NCBI GenBank assembly: GCA_965237415.1 | Contig: CBDEFM010000001.1 | Span: forward strand, 448,001 to 512,000 | Direction: 5' to 3' | Origin: Alphaproteobacteria bacterium | GTDB taxonomy: Bacteria; Pseudomonadota; Alphaproteobacteria; UBA828 | DNA: 64,000 bases | Shown here: in pieces, positions 52,480 to 63,520 of the stretch | Layout: each line of letters starts with the position of its first letter | Numbering within the stretch: the stretch's first letter is position 1 | Notes under the pieces: generated by a model | What the model was told of the DNA's origin: nothing | The model's input: the letters and a program-made list of their open reading frames with translations, nothing else | Database searches by the model: none | Made by a program: the position numbers and the translations under genes

Positions 52480-53175
52480 CTACCGCGCCGCGAACTGCTT
52501 GGCGCCGAACATGATCGAGCGCTCTTCCTCGGTGAACTCGGGCTTCTTGCGGATGCGGTCAGACATCACGTCGAGGCCGCGCTGCACTGCCGGGCGCGCG
52601 TTGTTGCGCTCCAGCCACTTGGCGAGGTCGGGATAGTCGGCGATATCCTGCCCCTGGTTCTCCCAGAGCCGCATCCACGGGAAGATCGCCATGTCGGCAA
52701 TCGAATAGTCTCCGGCGACCCAATCGCGATCCGCGAGGCGCTTGTTTACCACCCGATAGAGCCGACTCGTCTCGTTGACGTAGCGCTCGATCGCGTAGGG
52801 AAGCTTCTCCGGCGCGTAGTTGCGGAAGTGATGGCACTGGCCGAGCATCGGCCCGACATTGCCCATCTGGAAGAAGAGCCACTGCAGCACCTCGGCCCGG
52901 CCCCGCTCGTCGTCGGGGATGAAGCGGCCGTGCTTGTCGGCGTAGTGCAGCATGATGGCGCCCGATTCGAAGAGGCTGAGCGGCGCACCGTCCGCACCCT
53001 CGGAATCGACCACCGCCGGCATCCGGTTGTTGGGTGCAATCGTCAGGAAATCCTGCTCGAACTGCTCGCCCTTGTTGATATCCACCGGAATCACGTTGTA
53101 CGGGATGCCGAGCTCCTCGAAGAGGATGGTGATCTTCCATCCGTTCGGCGTCGGCCAGTAATAGAGATCGATCAT
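52480..53175 (-). CDS. glutathione S-transferase (YfcG/YghU-like)
   Basis: PTPNGWK, PNNRMPA, LFESGAI, YSIADMA. Confidence 0.93.
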   Translation of the reverse strand: MIDLYYWPTPNGWKITILFEELGIPYNVIPVDINKGEQFEQDFLTIAPNNRMPAVVDSEGADGAPLSLFESGAIMLHYADKHGRFIPDDERGRAEVLQWLFFQMGNVGPMLGQCHHFRNYAPEKLPYAIERYVNETSRLYRVVNKRLADRDWVAGDYSIADMAIFPWMRLWENQGQDIADYPDLAKWLERNNARPAVQRGLDVMSDRIRKKPEFTEEERSIMFGAKQFAAR

Positions 53176-53270
53176 GGCGCGCTTCTCCCTCGCCGCATCG
53201 GGCCGGAGAGCGGCCCGGCCCCGTTATGACCAGCCGGCAGCGGCCGGTCAACGACAGTAGCCCGGGGTCC

Positions 53271-54260
53271 CTAGAAATGCTGGTAGCCGGCGCGCCCAAG
53301 CGCGAGCGGCCGGCCGTCGGCGTCCACGACCGTGACGCCCTGCCCGTGCTCGATGGTCCCGATGCGGCTCACGGCGAGCTCGAGGCGCCGACCGAGGGCC
53401 TCTATGGCACCGCGTTCGGCAGGGGGCGCGCAGAAGAGCAGCTCGTAGTCGTCGCCGCCGGTCACGAGGTCGGCGATCGCCGCCTCACCCCTGTCGATCG
53501 CGCGCTTGGCCGCTGCCGAGAGCGGTACGGCGTCTGCCGCAAATCGGGCTGCGACCCCGGACTCCGCGCAAACGTGGCCGAGATCGGCAACGAGACCGTC
53601 TGAGACGTCGATCGCGCACGTGGCGACCCCGACGAGCGCCGCGCCGAGCGCGAGCCGGGGCTCGGGCAGGCGGAAGCGCGCGGCAAGCGCGGCGAGGTCC
53701 TCCGGCGTGAGGTCCGCGAGGCCGCCGCGCACGGCTCGCAAGCCCAGTGTCGCGTCGCCGACGGTTCCGGAGACAAAGATGTCGTCGCCTTCGCCCGCGC
53801 CCGAGCGGGTGAGGCAGGCATCGCCTGCGACCGTGCCGAAGGCGGTCAGCGAGAGCACCGCCGGCCCTTTCGTCGCCACCGTGTCGCCGCCGATCAGCGC
53901 GACACCGAACGCCTCCTGATCGCGGGCGAGGCCGGCGGCGAACGCCTCCACCCAGGCATCGCCGATATCCTCAGGCAGCGCGAGGCCGAGCGCGTAAGAC
54001 CTGGCGATGGCGCCCATGGCCGCGAGGTCCGAGAGGTTCACACGGAGCAGCCGGCGGGCGACGGTGGCGGGTTCCTCGCCTTCGGGGTAGTGCACGCCCG
54101 CCACCATCAGGTCCTTGGTGACGACGAGGCTCGCGCCCGCGGGCGGTGTCAGCAGCGCACCGTCGTTCCCGAGCGCGAAGGCGCCGGGGGCGGCGCGGCT
54201 CAGCGGCCTGAAGAAGCGCTCGATTAGGTCGAATTCACCGGTCCTGCGCCGGCCGGCCAT
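53271..54260 (-). CDS. thiL: thiamine-monophosphate kinase
   Basis: EFDLI, VNLSDLAAMGA, GGDT, DVSDGL, GGDDYEL, GYQHF. Confidence 0.95.
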   Translation of the reverse strand: MAGRRRTGEFDLIERFFRPLSRAAPGAFALGNDGALLTPPAGASLVVTKDLMVAGVHYPEGEEPATVARRLLRVNLSDLAAMGAIARSYALGLALPEDIGDAWVEAFAAGLARDQEAFGVALIGGDTVATKGPAVLSLTAFGTVAGDACLTRSGAGEGDDIFVSGTVGDATLGLRAVRGGLADLTPEDLAALAARFRLPEPRLALGAALVGVATCAIDVSDGLVADLGHVCAESGVAARFAADAVPLSAAAKRAIDRGEAAIADLVTGGDDYELLFCAPPAERGAIEALGRRLELAVSRIGTIEHGQGVTVVDADGRPLALGRAGYQHF

Positions 54261-54759
54261 GGTCCGCTCCGTCCGCCATCTCCGCCGCACGAAGCCGCCG
54301 CGCCAGGCTGTCCAGCGCGCCGTTGACGAACGCCGGCTCCCGGTCGGAGAAGAAGGCGCGCGCGAGCTCCACGTACTCGTTGATCACCACGCGCGCCGGC
54401 ACGTCGGGGCAGGCCGCAAGCTCGCACGTGGCAGCCCGCATGAGGGCGCGCACGACGGCACCGAGACGCTCCATGCTCCAACGCTCCGCGAGCGTCGCCG
54501 CCACCAGGGCATCGAACTCATCCGCCCGCGCCGAAGCCGCCCGCACGATGCGCTCGAAATGGCGGCGGTGGGGCGCCGCGTAGCGCTCGCCGTCGATCTC
54601 GTGGCCGGCGCGGTGACTCAGGAACTCCTCGATCACCTCGTCCGCCGACTGGCCTGACATCTCGATCTGATAGAGGGCCTGGACGCAGGCGAGGCGCGCG
54701 CTGCTCCGCCCCTGGCCGCGTGGCGCCTGCGCCCGAGCGGTGCCCGGCGCGGCGGTCAT
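54235..54759 (-). CDS. nusB: transcription antitermination factor NusB
   Basis: ARL..VQALYQ, VP.RVVINEYV, FVNG.LD. Confidence 0.95.
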   Translation of the reverse strand: MTAAPGTARAQAPRGQGRSSARLACVQALYQIEMSGQSADEVIEEFLSHRAGHEIDGERYAAPHRRHFERIVRAASARADEFDALVAATLAERWSMERLGAVVRALMRAATCELAACPDVPARVVINEYVELARAFFSDREPAFVNGALDSLARRLRAAEMADGADHGRPAQDR

Positions 54760-54764
54760 CCTGC

Positions 54765-55211
54765 CTAACCCCGCGCCTGTGCGCCGAGGGAGGCGAGGAT
54801 CGCCATCATCGCGAGGCACGCCCGGGCGGCGTCGGCGCCCTTGTTGCGCCGGTCGAGAGCCGCCCGTTCCCACGCTTGCTCGCGGTTCTCGGCGGTCACC
54901 ACGCCGAAGCCAAGCGCAATGCGGTGGCGCTTGGCGAGCATGGCGAGCCCGCGCGCGCTCTCGCCGCAGACATGCTCGTAGTGACTGGTCTCGCCCCGGA
55001 TCACGCAGCCGAGCGCGACGAAGCCGTCGTAGCGTCCGCTGTCGATCGCCATGGCGAGCGCCGCCGGCAGCTCGAATGCGCCGGGCACGCTGATCCGCTC
55101 ATGGCCGACGCCGCCCTCGTCGAGGGCGGCCACCGCGCCCGCCACGAGCTGATCGGCGATATCCTCGTAGAAGCGCGCCTCGAGGATGAGGACTCGGCGC
55201 TCCTCAGCCAT
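54765..55211 (-). CDS. ribH: 6,7-dimethyl-8-ribityllumazine synthase
   Basis: VPGAFELP, LGCVIRGETSH, NKG. Confidence 0.95.
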   Translation of the reverse strand: MAEERRVLILEARFYEDIADQLVAGAVAALDEGGVGHERISVPGAFELPAALAMAIDSGRYDGFVALGCVIRGETSHYEHVCGESARGLAMLAKRHRIALGFGVVTAENREQAWERAALDRRNKGADAARACLAMMAILASLGAQARG

Positions 55212-56352
55212 CGCTGCGGGCCATCCATGCGCACCGCGCCTGATCCGAGATCGGGCGCTGATCGACCACCCGGAGCCCATAGCCGTCGAGCCCGACGATG
55301 GTCCAGTGCGTGTTGTGAAGCAGGATCATGTCGCGGACACCGAGGTCGAGCAGGATCTGGGCAGCCACGCCATAGTCTCTGAGGCCCTCGGCATCCTCGT
55401 GCTCCGCGTCGGGGGCCGGCGGCTCGGAGAGCCGGACGGGGTAGGGCTCGCGGATCACCACCACGACGCCGCGGCCGAGCTCGCCGATCATCCTGAGCGC
55501 GGCCTGGAGCTTGCCGGTGTTCTCGCTCGTGGTATCGGCAAGCCCGTCTTCGAGGATGTTGAAGGCGTGGGCGCGCACGGGCACCGGCTCGTTGTCCCAC
55601 ACGTCGCCTTTCACGAGCGCGATGTGCTCGGCCTTTTGGACCGTATCGGCGTAGACGTACATGCGGAAGGTGCCGCCGTGATGCGAGGTGAGCGTGGTCT
55701 CCCGCACCCGCCGGATGATGCTGTCGTGACGCAGCCGATAGGCAATCAGGTCCGCGATGGTCGCGATCTGGACGTTGTGGCGCTGGGAGAAGGCCTCGAG
55801 GTCGGACATTCGCGCCATGGTCCCGTCGTCGTTCATGATCTCGCAGATCACTGCCGCCGGGTTGAGGCCGGCGAGGCGGGCGAGGTCCACGCTCGCCTCG
55901 GTGTGTCCGGTCCGCACCAGCACGCCGCCGTCGCGGGCGACGAGAGGGAAGACGTGGCCCGGCGAGGTCAGGTCGTCCGGGCCGCAGCGCGGGTCGATGG
56001 CGACGGCGATCGTGCGGGCGCGATCGGAGGCCGAGATGCCGGTCGTGATCCCTTCGCGCGCCTCGATGGAGACCGTGAACGCCGTGTCGTGCCTCGATTC
56101 GTTGCGCTTGGGCATCAGCTCGAGACCGAGGTCCCGCACCCGCTCGTCGCTGAGGGCGAGACAGATCAGCCCACGGCCATAGCGCGCCATGAAGTTGATG
56201 GCCTCGGGCGTGGCCATCTGGGCCGGGATGACCAGATCGCCCTCGTTCTCCCGTTCCTCGTCGTCGGCGAGGATGACCATTCGCCCGTTGCGAAACTCCT
56301 CGACCGTCTCTTCGACGGACATGAGCTTGCAGGACGACGCGGTGCGCGACAT
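55204..56352 (-). CDS. ribB: DHBP synthase fused to a degenerate GTP cyclohydrolase II-like domain
   Basis: [30 protein letters not shown]; the C-domain lacks the Zn-binding cysteines. Confidence 0.92.
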   Translation of the reverse strand: MSRTASSCKLMSVEETVEEFRNGRMVILADDEERENEGDLVIPAQMATPEAINFMARYGRGLICLALSDERVRDLGLELMPKRNESRHDTAFTVSIEAREGITTGISASDRARTIAVAIDPRCGPDDLTSPGHVFPLVARDGGVLVRTGHTEASVDLARLAGLNPAAVICEIMNDDGTMARMSDLEAFSQRHNVQIATIADLIAYRLRHDSIIRRVRETTLTSHHGGTFRMYVYADTVQKAEHIALVKGDVWDNEPVPVRAHAFNILEDGLADTTSENTGKLQAALRMIGELGRGVVVVIREPYPVRLSEPPAPDAEHEDAEGLRDYGVAAQILLDLGVRDMILLHNTHWTIVGLDGYGLRVVDQRPISDQARCAWMARSDG

Positions 56353-56358
56353 CTCGAC

Positions 56359-56955
56359 CTATCGGCTCTCGGAGTGAAGGCGCGCAAGGTAACGCGCGAT
56401 CAGGTCCACCTCAAGGTTGAGCCGACGGCCCGCGGCGCAGCCGCGGAAGGTGGTTTGGGCCAGCGTGTGGGGAATCAGATTGATTCCGAACACATCGCCG
56501 TCGGCCTCGTTCACCGTCAGCGAGGCGCCGTCGAGCGTGACCGAGCCCTTGGACGCCACGAAGCGCGAGAACTCCGCCGGGCAGCGGACCGTGAGCCGGA
56601 GCGATTCGCCCTCCGGCTCCGCGCTCTCGACCGCCGCGACGCCGTCGATATGGCCGGTCACCAGGTGGCCGCCGAGCTCGTCGCCGAGTGCGAGCGCGCG
56701 TTCCAGATTGACCCCTGTGCCCTCGCGCCAGTCTCCGAGAGTGGTTCGATCCGCCGTCTCGCGGGACACATCGACCGCGAACCAGCCCGACCCCTTGTCC
56801 ACCACCGTCAGGCAGGGTCCCGAGCAGGCGATGGAGGCGCCGAGCGCGATTGTGGCGGTATCGTAGGCGGTGCCGATCTCCAGCCTGAGCCCGCCGCCGG
56901 GGGCTTCGGCGACGGCCCGGACTCGGCCAAAGTCGGTGACGATCCCTGAGAACAT
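56359..56955 (-). CDS. ribE: riboflavin synthase alpha chain
   Basis: [29 protein letters not shown]. Confidence 0.95.
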   Translation of the reverse strand: MFSGIVTDFGRVRAVAEAPGGGLRLEIGTAYDTATIALGASIACSGPCLTVVDKGSGWFAVDVSRETADRTTLGDWREGTGVNLERALALGDELGGHLVTGHIDGVAAVESAEPEGESLRLTVRCPAEFSRFVASKGSVTLDGASLTVNEADGDVFGINLIPHTLAQTTFRGCAAGRRLNLEVDLIARYLARLHSESR

Positions 56956-56965
56956 GGCGTGTCTC

Positions 56966-58084
56966 TCAGCCTGCCGGCACCAGGGTGTCCAGCACGTCCT
57001 CGCCCAGAGAGGTCGAGGAGACGCGGGCGAAGCGTGCCATGTCCGTGGCGCGCCCCACGCCGAGCGCGGCCAGCGCCGGGACGCCATCAGCGCCGATCGC
57101 GCCGGGTGCCCGGAACCACTCGATCCGATCCACCAGGCGGGCGCCGAGCAGGGAGGCCGCGAGCCGGCCGCCGCCCTCCACCAGGATGCGGGTGAGGCCG
57201 CGGGCGGCCAGCGCCTCCAGCGCCGCTGCGAGCGCCGGGCGCCCGTTCGCCTCAGCCGCGACCTCGATGACCTCCACCCCAGTCTCGCGCCAGTCCGCGT
57301 GCCGCCCGTCGCGGCCGAGTGTGGCAGTCGAGACGATCCACGTCGCCTGCTCGCCGGCGCTTGCGATGAGGGCATGCCCCGCAGGCAGCCGGGCGCTGCC
57401 GTCGATGACGACGCGGATCGGGCTCGCGTGCCCCATGCCCGGCAGCCGGCAGGTGAGCGCCGGATCGTCGGCGAGCGCGCTTGCGGCCCCCACCATCACG
57501 GCGTCGTGGTGCGCCCTGAGCAGATGGCCGCGCGCGCGGGCGTCGGCGCCGGTGATCCAGCGGCTGTCGCCGGTGCGTGTCGCGATGCGGCCGTCGAGAC
57601 TGCTCGCGAGCTTGAGCGTCACCAGGGGTCGGCCTTGCCCAATGCGCGTGAGGAAGCCCGCGTTGAGCGCCCGCGCGTCGTCTTCCATGCAGCCAACAGT
57701 CACCTCGATACCCGCCTCTTTGAGCAGGGCGTTGCCGCGACCCGCCACGCGCGTGTCCGGGTCCTCGAAGGCGACGACGGCGCGCGCGATGCCGGCCTGC
57801 ACCAGCGCCTCGGCGCAAGGGCCGGTCTCGCCATGGTGGGCGCAGGGCTCCAGGGTGACGTAACAAGTGGCGCCTTGCGCGCCATCGCCGGCGCGGGCGA
57901 GCGCCTCGGTCTCGGCATGGGGCCTGCCGCCGGGCTGAGTCCAGCCACGGCCGACGATCCGCCCGTCCTTTACGAGCACGCAGCCGACCGCCGGGTTGGG
58001 CCACACGGTGCCGAGGCCGCGCTTGGCGAGCGCCAGCGCCAGCGCCATGAAGCGGCGGTCGAGGCCCGAGTCCGACGCCGCCAC
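56966..58084 (-). CDS. ribD: riboflavin biosynthesis deaminase/reductase
   Basis: PNP.VGC, HAE, TLEPC.H.G.T.PC, SLDG, EGG. Confidence 0.96.
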   Translation of the reverse strand: MAASDSGLDRRFMALALALAKRGLGTVWPNPAVGCVLVKDGRIVGRGWTQPGGRPHAETEALARAGDGAQGATCYVTLEPCAHHGETGPCAEALVQAGIARAVVAFEDPDTRVAGRGNALLKEAGIEVTVGCMEDDARALNAGFLTRIGQGRPLVTLKLASSLDGRIATRTGDSRWITGADARARGHLLRAHHDAVMVGAASALADDPALTCRLPGMGHASPIRVVIDGSARLPAGHALIASAGEQATWIVSTATLGRDGRHADWRETGVEVIEVAAEANGRPALAAALEALAARGLTRILVEGGGRLAASLLGARLVDRIEWFRAPGAIGADGVPALAALGVGRATDMARFARVSSTSLGEDVLDTLVPAG

Positions 58085-58088
58085 GCGC

Positions 58089-58547
58089 TCAGTCCTGCGC
58101 GTCGGCGAGCCTGCCGATGAACTCCTCGAAGTCCTTCTTCTCGCCGAAGTTCCTGTAGACCGAGGCGAAGCGGACGTAGCCGACCTGATCGAGACCCGAG
58201 AGCGTCTCCATCACCATCTCCCCGATGACGCTGCTCGGGATTTCGGTCTCGCCCAGGCTCTCCAGGCGGCGCACGATAGCGGTCACGATCTGATCGATCC
58301 GCTCGGGCGCGACGGGCCGCTTGCGCAGCGCGATCTGCATCGAGCGCAACATCTTGTCGCGCTCGAAGGGCACCCGTTGGCCGTCGCTCTTGATCACCGA
58401 GAGCTCGCGGAGCTGGATTCGCTCGAAGGTGGTGAAGCGTCCTTTGCACGTCGGGCACTGCCGACGGCGGCGGGTCGCGGTGTTGTCCTCCGTCGGCCGC
58501 GAATCCTTCACCTGCGTGTCGTCATTGCCGCAGAAGGGGCAGCGCAC
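58089..58547 (-). CDS. nrdR: transcriptional repressor NrdR
   Basis: [29 protein letters not shown]. Confidence 0.96.
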   Translation of the reverse strand: MRCPFCGNDDTQVKDSRPTEDNTATRRRRQCPTCKGRFTTFERIQLRELSVIKSDGQRVPFERDKMLRSMQIALRKRPVAPERIDQIVTAIVRRLESLGETEIPSSVIGEMVMETLSGLDQVGYVRFASVYRNFGEKKDFEEFIGRLADAQD

Positions 58548-58560
58548 GGCGAGCCTCCTT

Positions 58561-59871
58561 TCAGTCGTGGCCGGGATAAACCGGGAAGGCGGCGCAGAGC
58601 GTGCGGACCTCCTCGCGAATCTCCGCCGCGAGAGCTTCTCCGCTGCCCGGTGCGCCGGCCTCGTGATCGAGCAGATCGGCGATCCAGCCTGCGATCCGCC
58701 GGAACTCGGCCGTGCCGAAGCCGCGGCTCGTCGCCGCCGGCGAGCCGAGCCTGATGCCGGATGTGATCCACGGCTTCTGGGGATCGAAGGGGACGCCGTT
58801 CTTGTTGCAAGTGATCCCGGCACGCTCCAGAACCGCCTCCGCCAGCTTGCCGGTGAGCTCCTTGGCGCGAAGGTCGACGAGCAGGAGGTGGGTATCGGTC
58901 CCGCCGGAGACGATGTCGTAGCCACGCTCGACGAGCGCGCCGGCCAGCGCCTTGGCGTTGGCCACGACCTGCCGGGCATAGTCCTTGAACGCCGGCGTCA
59001 TCGCCTCGCCGAACGCCACCGCCTTCGCCGCGATGACATGCTCCAGCGGCCCGCCCTGGAGGCCGGGGAAGACCGCCGAATTGATGCGTTTCGCCAGTGC
59101 CTCGTCGTCGGTCAGGATCATCCCGCCGCGCGGGCCGCGCAGAGTCTTGTGGGTGGTGGTTGTGACGATATGGGCGTGCGGGAAGGGATTTGGATGAATC
59201 CCGGCCGCGACCAGTCCCGCAAAATGGGCCATGTCGACCATGAAGACCGCGCCGACCGCATCGGCGATCGCCCGAAAGCGTGCGAAGTCGATGATACGCG
59301 GATAGGCGGACCCGCCGGCGAGGATCAGCTTGGGTTTCTCCGCCTTTGCAAGCGCCGCCACCTCGTCGAAATCGATCAGCCCGTCCTCGCGGCGGACCCC
59401 GTATTGGATCGCCTTGAACCACTTGCCGGAGAGGTTGGGCGGCGCGCCATGGGTGAGGTGCCCGCCGGCCGCGAGCGAGAGCCCGAGAAAGGCGTCGCCC
59501 GGCTCCAGAGTGGCTAGAAACGCCGCCTGATTGGCCTGCGCGCCCGAATGGGGCTGCACGTTGGCGAAACCGCAGCCGAACAGCGCAATCGCGCGCTCGA
59601 TGGCGAGCCCTTCGGCGATATCGACATTCTCGCAGCCGCCGTAGTAGCGCCTGCCGGGGTAGCCTTCGGCGTACTTGTTGGTGAGCACCGAGCCCTGGGC
59701 CTCCAGCACCGCGCGGCTCACGATGTTCTCGGACGCGATCAGCTCGATGGTCGTCTGCAGGCGTTCGACCTCGCCGCTCACCGCCGCGTGCACCGCCGCA
59801 TCGGTATCCCGCAGCGAGCTGGTGAAGAACGAAGTCCCGGCCCCGCCCTCGGGGCGCGTGGAGACGGCCAT
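58561..59871 (-). CDS. glyA: serine hydroxymethyltransferase
   Basis: [40 protein letters not shown]. Confidence 0.98.
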   Translation of the reverse strand: MAVSTRPEGGAGTSFFTSSLRDTDAAVHAAVSGEVERLQTTIELIASENIVSRAVLEAQGSVLTNKYAEGYPGRRYYGGCENVDIAEGLAIERAIALFGCGFANVQPHSGAQANQAAFLATLEPGDAFLGLSLAAGGHLTHGAPPNLSGKWFKAIQYGVRREDGLIDFDEVAALAKAEKPKLILAGGSAYPRIIDFARFRAIADAVGAVFMVDMAHFAGLVAAGIHPNPFPHAHIVTTTTHKTLRGPRGGMILTDDEALAKRINSAVFPGLQGGPLEHVIAAKAVAFGEAMTPAFKDYARQVVANAKALAGALVERGYDIVSGGTDTHLLLVDLRAKELTGKLAEAVLERAGITCNKNGVPFDPQKPWITSGIRLGSPAATSRGFGTAEFRRIAGWIADLLDHEAGAPGSGEALAAEIREEVRTLCAAFPVYPGHD

Positions 59872-59900
59872 GAACGAGTCCCTTCCTCTACCGGCCCGGG

Positions 59901-60335
59901 TCAGGAGAGCTTGGCCACACGCGCGCTGTGGCGGCCGCCCTCGAAGTCGGTGTCCAGAAACGCCCGCAGGCAGCGACGCGCGGTGTCCTCCGACACGCGG
60001 CGAGCGCCGAGGGCGAGCACATTGGCATCGTTGTGAGCGCGCGCGAGCCGCGCTTCCTCCTCGTCGCGGCAGAGCGCGCCGCGGACTGCGCGGCTGCGAT
60101 TGACTGCGATGCTCATGCCAATGCCGCTCCCGCAAATGAGGACGCCCCGATCGGCGCGCCCGCTCTCGATCTCCCGCGCCAAAGCCTGCGCAAAGTCCGG
60201 GTAGTCGACCGGGCCGTCGCCTCTCGGGCCCAGATCGATCACCTCGCGTCCCGCCTCCTCGAGTGCGGCGCGCAAGACCGCCTTGAGGCCCACGCCCGCA
60301 TGGTCGGAGGCGATGGCGAATCGGTCGTCTGGCAT
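59901..60335 (-). CDS. rpiB: ribose-5-phosphate isomerase B
   Basis: SDHAG, VDYPD, CGSGIG, HNDANVL, FEGGRH. Confidence 0.95.
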   Translation of the reverse strand: MPDDRFAIASDHAGVGLKAVLRAALEEAGREVIDLGPRGDGPVDYPDFAQALAREIESGRADRGVLICGSGIGMSIAVNRSRAVRGALCRDEEEARLARAHNDANVLALGARRVSEDTARRCLRAFLDTDFEGGRHSARVAKLS

Positions 60336-60447
60336 GGCCACTCCTCGCGCGCGGCTCGTGGCCGCCCCTATATACGCCGAGCGCCAAGACCCGGGCAACA
60401 CCTTGTGCGAGTACCTACCCTTAGGGGCTCGTGGAAGAACCGGCCCG

Positions 60448-61299
60448 TCAGGATGCGTCGGTAGTCGAGAGCGCCGCCTGATCGTCCGGGTGATCCTCGG
60501 GGCGCATGAAGCGCCGGTCGGCTCCGGCATGGATTCCGCCGCGTTCCTTGACCGCGCTGTCCGGCAGCTTCTGCAGAGGCGTGTAGCGCGGCATGTGATG
60601 GTCCTTGTAGGGGTCGTTGCGGGCGGCGTTGTAGCAGCAGAGCAGCACGTTGCGGCTCTGCTTGGAAATGTTCTTGGAGGAGCCGTGCAGCGTGTTGCAG
60701 TGCAGGAAGAGCGCGTCGCCGGCCACCATCTCGCAGGAGACCGCCTCCAGCCGCTCTAAGGCATGGGCGACCCGCTCCGGCTCGGCGGTGAGCTGGCCCC
60801 CCACCAACTCGTGGTCGAGTCGGCCCATGCGGGCCGAGCCGCGGATGACCTGGAGGCACCCGTTCTCCTCCGTCGCCGGGTCGATGGCGATTAAGACGCT
60901 GAGCATGTCGGGGAAGAGATTGCCGTTGAAGTACCAGTAGCCGTAATCCTGATGCCAATTCCAGGCGCCGCCGGTCTCGGGCGCCTTCAGCGTCAGCTTG
61001 GAGTGGTAGTGATAGACCTCGCCGCCCAGCAGTCGCTCGGCGGCGCCCACCACCCGCTCGCAGCGGGCGACCGCGCCGAACAGGTCGTCGCCGGGGTCGG
61101 TCCACAGCACCGTCGTGGTGAAACTGCCGTCGGCATCCCGCATCGCCATGGTGTTGCGCCGGTCGCCGATGCCCTCGTCGCTCGCGAGCGCTTGGCGCAT
61201 CAGCGCGACTTCTTCGGCATCGAACAGCGCCGGCATGAGCAGATAGCCGTCGCTCTGAAACCGGGCCACCTCGTCGGCGTTCAGGCGGCGGTCGTTCAT
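60448..61299 (-). CDS. phytanoyl-CoA dioxygenase family Fe(II)/2OG enzyme
   Basis: YHYHSK, WHQDYGYW, ENGCL, LHGS. Confidence 0.9.
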   Translation of the reverse strand: MNDRRLNADEVARFQSDGYLLMPALFDAEEVALMRQALASDEGIGDRRNTMAMRDADGSFTTTVLWTDPGDDLFGAVARCERVVGAAERLLGGEVYHYHSKLTLKAPETGGAWNWHQDYGYWYFNGNLFPDMLSVLIAIDPATEENGCLQVIRGSARMGRLDHELVGGQLTAEPERVAHALERLEAVSCEMVAGDALFLHCNTLHGSSKNISKQSRNVLLCCYNAARNDPYKDHHMPRYTPLQKLPDSAVKERGGIHAGADRRFMRPEDHPDDQAALSTTDAS

Positions 61300-61472
61300 C
61301 GTCTCCCCCGGCAGCGATGACGAAATCTTGGCCCAGCATGCCCCGTGGGTGACGGCGATGTATAGGCCGCGCACCTTTCGGTGCGACTCGGTGCGACTCC
61401 CGTCCTTGGGCGCCGCCGCTGCCGCCCGCTACAATGGGCGGGCCCAACCCCGGGCAAGCCGCGGAGGAAATC

Positions 61473-63176
61473 ATGGACGTCGTCACGATGAACATCGTCG
61501 AATCGACGATGCTCTCCATCTGCCGGGAGATGGGGATCACCATGATGAAGACGTCCTATTCGACGATCTTCAACGAATCGCTCGACTTCAGCTGCGCCGT
61601 CGCCGACGCCAACGGCGACATGATCGCGGTCGCCGACTACTGCCCGGCACAGATCGGCGGCATGACGCTCCTCATCAAGTCCTGCATCCGCGAGATGGCG
61701 GACGAGCCCGTGCACGAGGGCGATGTCATCGTGCACAACGACCCCTACCGGGGCGGCCTGCACACGCCGGAGCACACCTTCTTCACGCCCTTCTTCGTGG
61801 ACGGCAGGTTCATGGGCTATGCCGTGGCGATCGGCCATGTGGCCGAGGTCGGCGGCATGGTGCCGGGCGGCTTCGCCAGCGAGGCCACGGAGATCTTCCA
61901 CGAGGGCCTGCGCGTCCCCCCGGTCAAGATCAAGAAGCGGGGCAAGGATGTGGACGAGGTGTGGAAGCTGCTGCTCGCGAACGTCCGCACCCCGCGTTAC
62001 AACTACGGCGACTACCGCTCCATGATCAGCGCCTGCGAGCTCGGCGCCGAGCGCATGGTCGGGGTCATCGAGAAGTACGGCGTGCCGCTCTTCCGCGAGA
62101 CGATCGCGGACCTCATGGACTATTCCGAGGCCCGGATGCGGGCCGAGATCGCGGCGATCCCCGACGGCACGTACTCGTTCGAGGACTATATGGAGGACGA
62201 CGGGATCGACGCGCGCCCATACCGCATCGCCGTCGACATGGTGGTGCAGGGCGACGAGATCATCGCCGATTTCGGCCGCTCCGACGCCCAGGCGAAGGGC
62301 GCGATCAACGCGACCCTCGGCGTCACCTGCTCCGCCACCTACAACGCCATGCTGCACCTGACCGACCCGTCAATTCCGCGCAACGCCGGCTGCTACCGGC
62401 CGATCCGCGTGCTGGCGCGACCGACGACTGTGGTCAACGTCGATTTCCCGGCGCCGGAGGTGGGCGGCAACACGGAGACGCACGTCCGCATCTGCTACAC
62501 GGTGATCGCGGCGATGTCCCGCTGCCTGCCGGAGCGCGCGTTCGCGACCGACGCCGGCACCCACGGCAACTTCCTCTTCGGCGGCCACGACCCCGAGAAC
62601 GAAGAGTTCTACGTCTGCTACGACTTCATGGTCGCCGGCTGGGGCGGGCGCCCCTTCGCCGACGGCAACAACACCTGCAACTGCATCAACGGCAACTGCC
62701 GCACGGTCCCGGTGGAGGTCTACGAGAGCCGCTACCCCTGGCTCGTCGAGAACCTCTCGCTCACCGAGGATTCGGGCGGCGCCGGCAAGTACCGAGGCGG
62801 GCTCGGCTCGACCAAGACGCTGGAATGCACGGCCGACGAGATCACCATCAGCTACATGGCCGACCGTCACAAGAAGGCCCCGTGGGGCCTGCTCGGCGGC
62901 GGCTTCGGAGGGTCGGCCGCGCTGCTCATCAAGAAGGCGAACGAGACCCAGTGGATGGACGTGTGCGAGGGCTACGGCAAGGTCTCGCCCAGCAAGTTCG
63001 GCAACGTCTCCATCCGCCGGGGCGATAGGGTCCGCCTCTTGTCTGGCGGTGGCGGCGGCTTCGGTCCCGTGGCGGAGCGGGCGCAGGAGCTAGTGGACGA
63101 GGACGTGCGCGAGGGCTTCATCTCGACGGAGGCTGCCGCTCAGCACTACGGCCACGCCACCCCGGCCGCAGAGTAG
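61473..63176 (+). CDS. hydantoinase B/oxoprolinase family protein
   Basis: S.IF.E..DFSC, NDPY.GG.H, H..EVGG..PG, EG, DSGGAG..RGG, GGGG.G. Confidence 0.93.
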   Translation: MDVVTMNIVESTMLSICREMGITMMKTSYSTIFNESLDFSCAVADANGDMIAVADYCPAQIGGMTLLIKSCIREMADEPVHEGDVIVHNDPYRGGLHTPEHTFFTPFFVDGRFMGYAVAIGHVAEVGGMVPGGFASEATEIFHEGLRVPPVKIKKRGKDVDEVWKLLLANVRTPRYNYGDYRSMISACELGAERMVGVIEKYGVPLFRETIADLMDYSEARMRAEIAAIPDGTYSFEDYMEDDGIDARPYRIAVDMVVQGDEIIADFGRSDAQAKGAINATLGVTCSATYNAMLHLTDPSIPRNAGCYRPIRVLARPTTVVNVDFPAPEVGGNTETHVRICYTVIAAMSRCLPERAFATDAGTHGNFLFGGHDPENEEFYVCYDFMVAGWGGRPFADGNNTCNCINGNCRTVPVEVYESRYPWLVENLSLTEDSGGAGKYRGGLGSTKTLECTADEITISYMADRHKKAPWGLLGGGFGGSAALLIKKANETQWMDVCEGYGKVSPSKFGNVSIRRGDRVRLLSGGGGGFGPVAERAQELVDEDVREGFISTEAAAQHYGHATPAAE

Positions 63177-63181
63177 TTGAG

Positions 63182-63314
63182 CTAGTCACCTGACACTGAA
63201 GTTGAGATCATTTTCAATTGGCAGTGTCGTCACACTAAGTCGCTCTATTGTCGAAGAATGTGGTCGTGCAATATAGTTGTCTTTATGTGGCGAACTTCAG
63301 ATTCAGGTGACTAG
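63182..63314. mobile_element. MITE (125 bp plus CTAG duplication)
   Basis: CTAGTCACCTGACACTGAAGTT ... AACTTCAGATTCAGGTGACTAG (20/22 inverted match); AT-rich; internal hairpin GACACTG...CAGTGTC at 63192-63228. Confidence 0.85.
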
Positions 63315-63517
63315 GGATCCGGCTTCGTCTTGGGCAGCCGGCGGGTCGCGGCCTCGACATCCGCCGCGGTCCAGCGCCGCCCGTCGCGGGTGAGGAAGCC
63401 GCGGGCGTTGAGGTGTTGCGCGAGCGCTTCGGGCTCGCGTGCGCCGCGTGAGCGCGCGAACGCGAGCTCCGCCCGGATGCGGTCGGCGAAGTAGTCGCTC
63501 TTCCGATCGGTGCCGAT
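63311..63517 (-). CDS. small recombinase-like HTH protein with non-canonical ATC start (or start-codon pseudogene)
   Basis: IGTDRKSDYFADRIRAELAFARSRGAREPEALAQHLNARGFLTRDGRRWTAADVEA...; LA..LN.RG..T..G..WT motif; GGAGG upstream of ATC. Confidence 0.5.
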   Translation of the reverse strand: MGTDRKSDYFADRIRAELAFARSRGAREPEALAQHLNARGFLTRDGRRWTAADVEAATRRLPKTKPDP

Positions 63518-63520
63518 GGT

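Noticed and set aside
55204-56352. RibB fusion lacking GTP cyclohydrolase II catalytic cysteines
   Set aside because: A well-known degenerate RibBA/RibBX arrangement, not novel.
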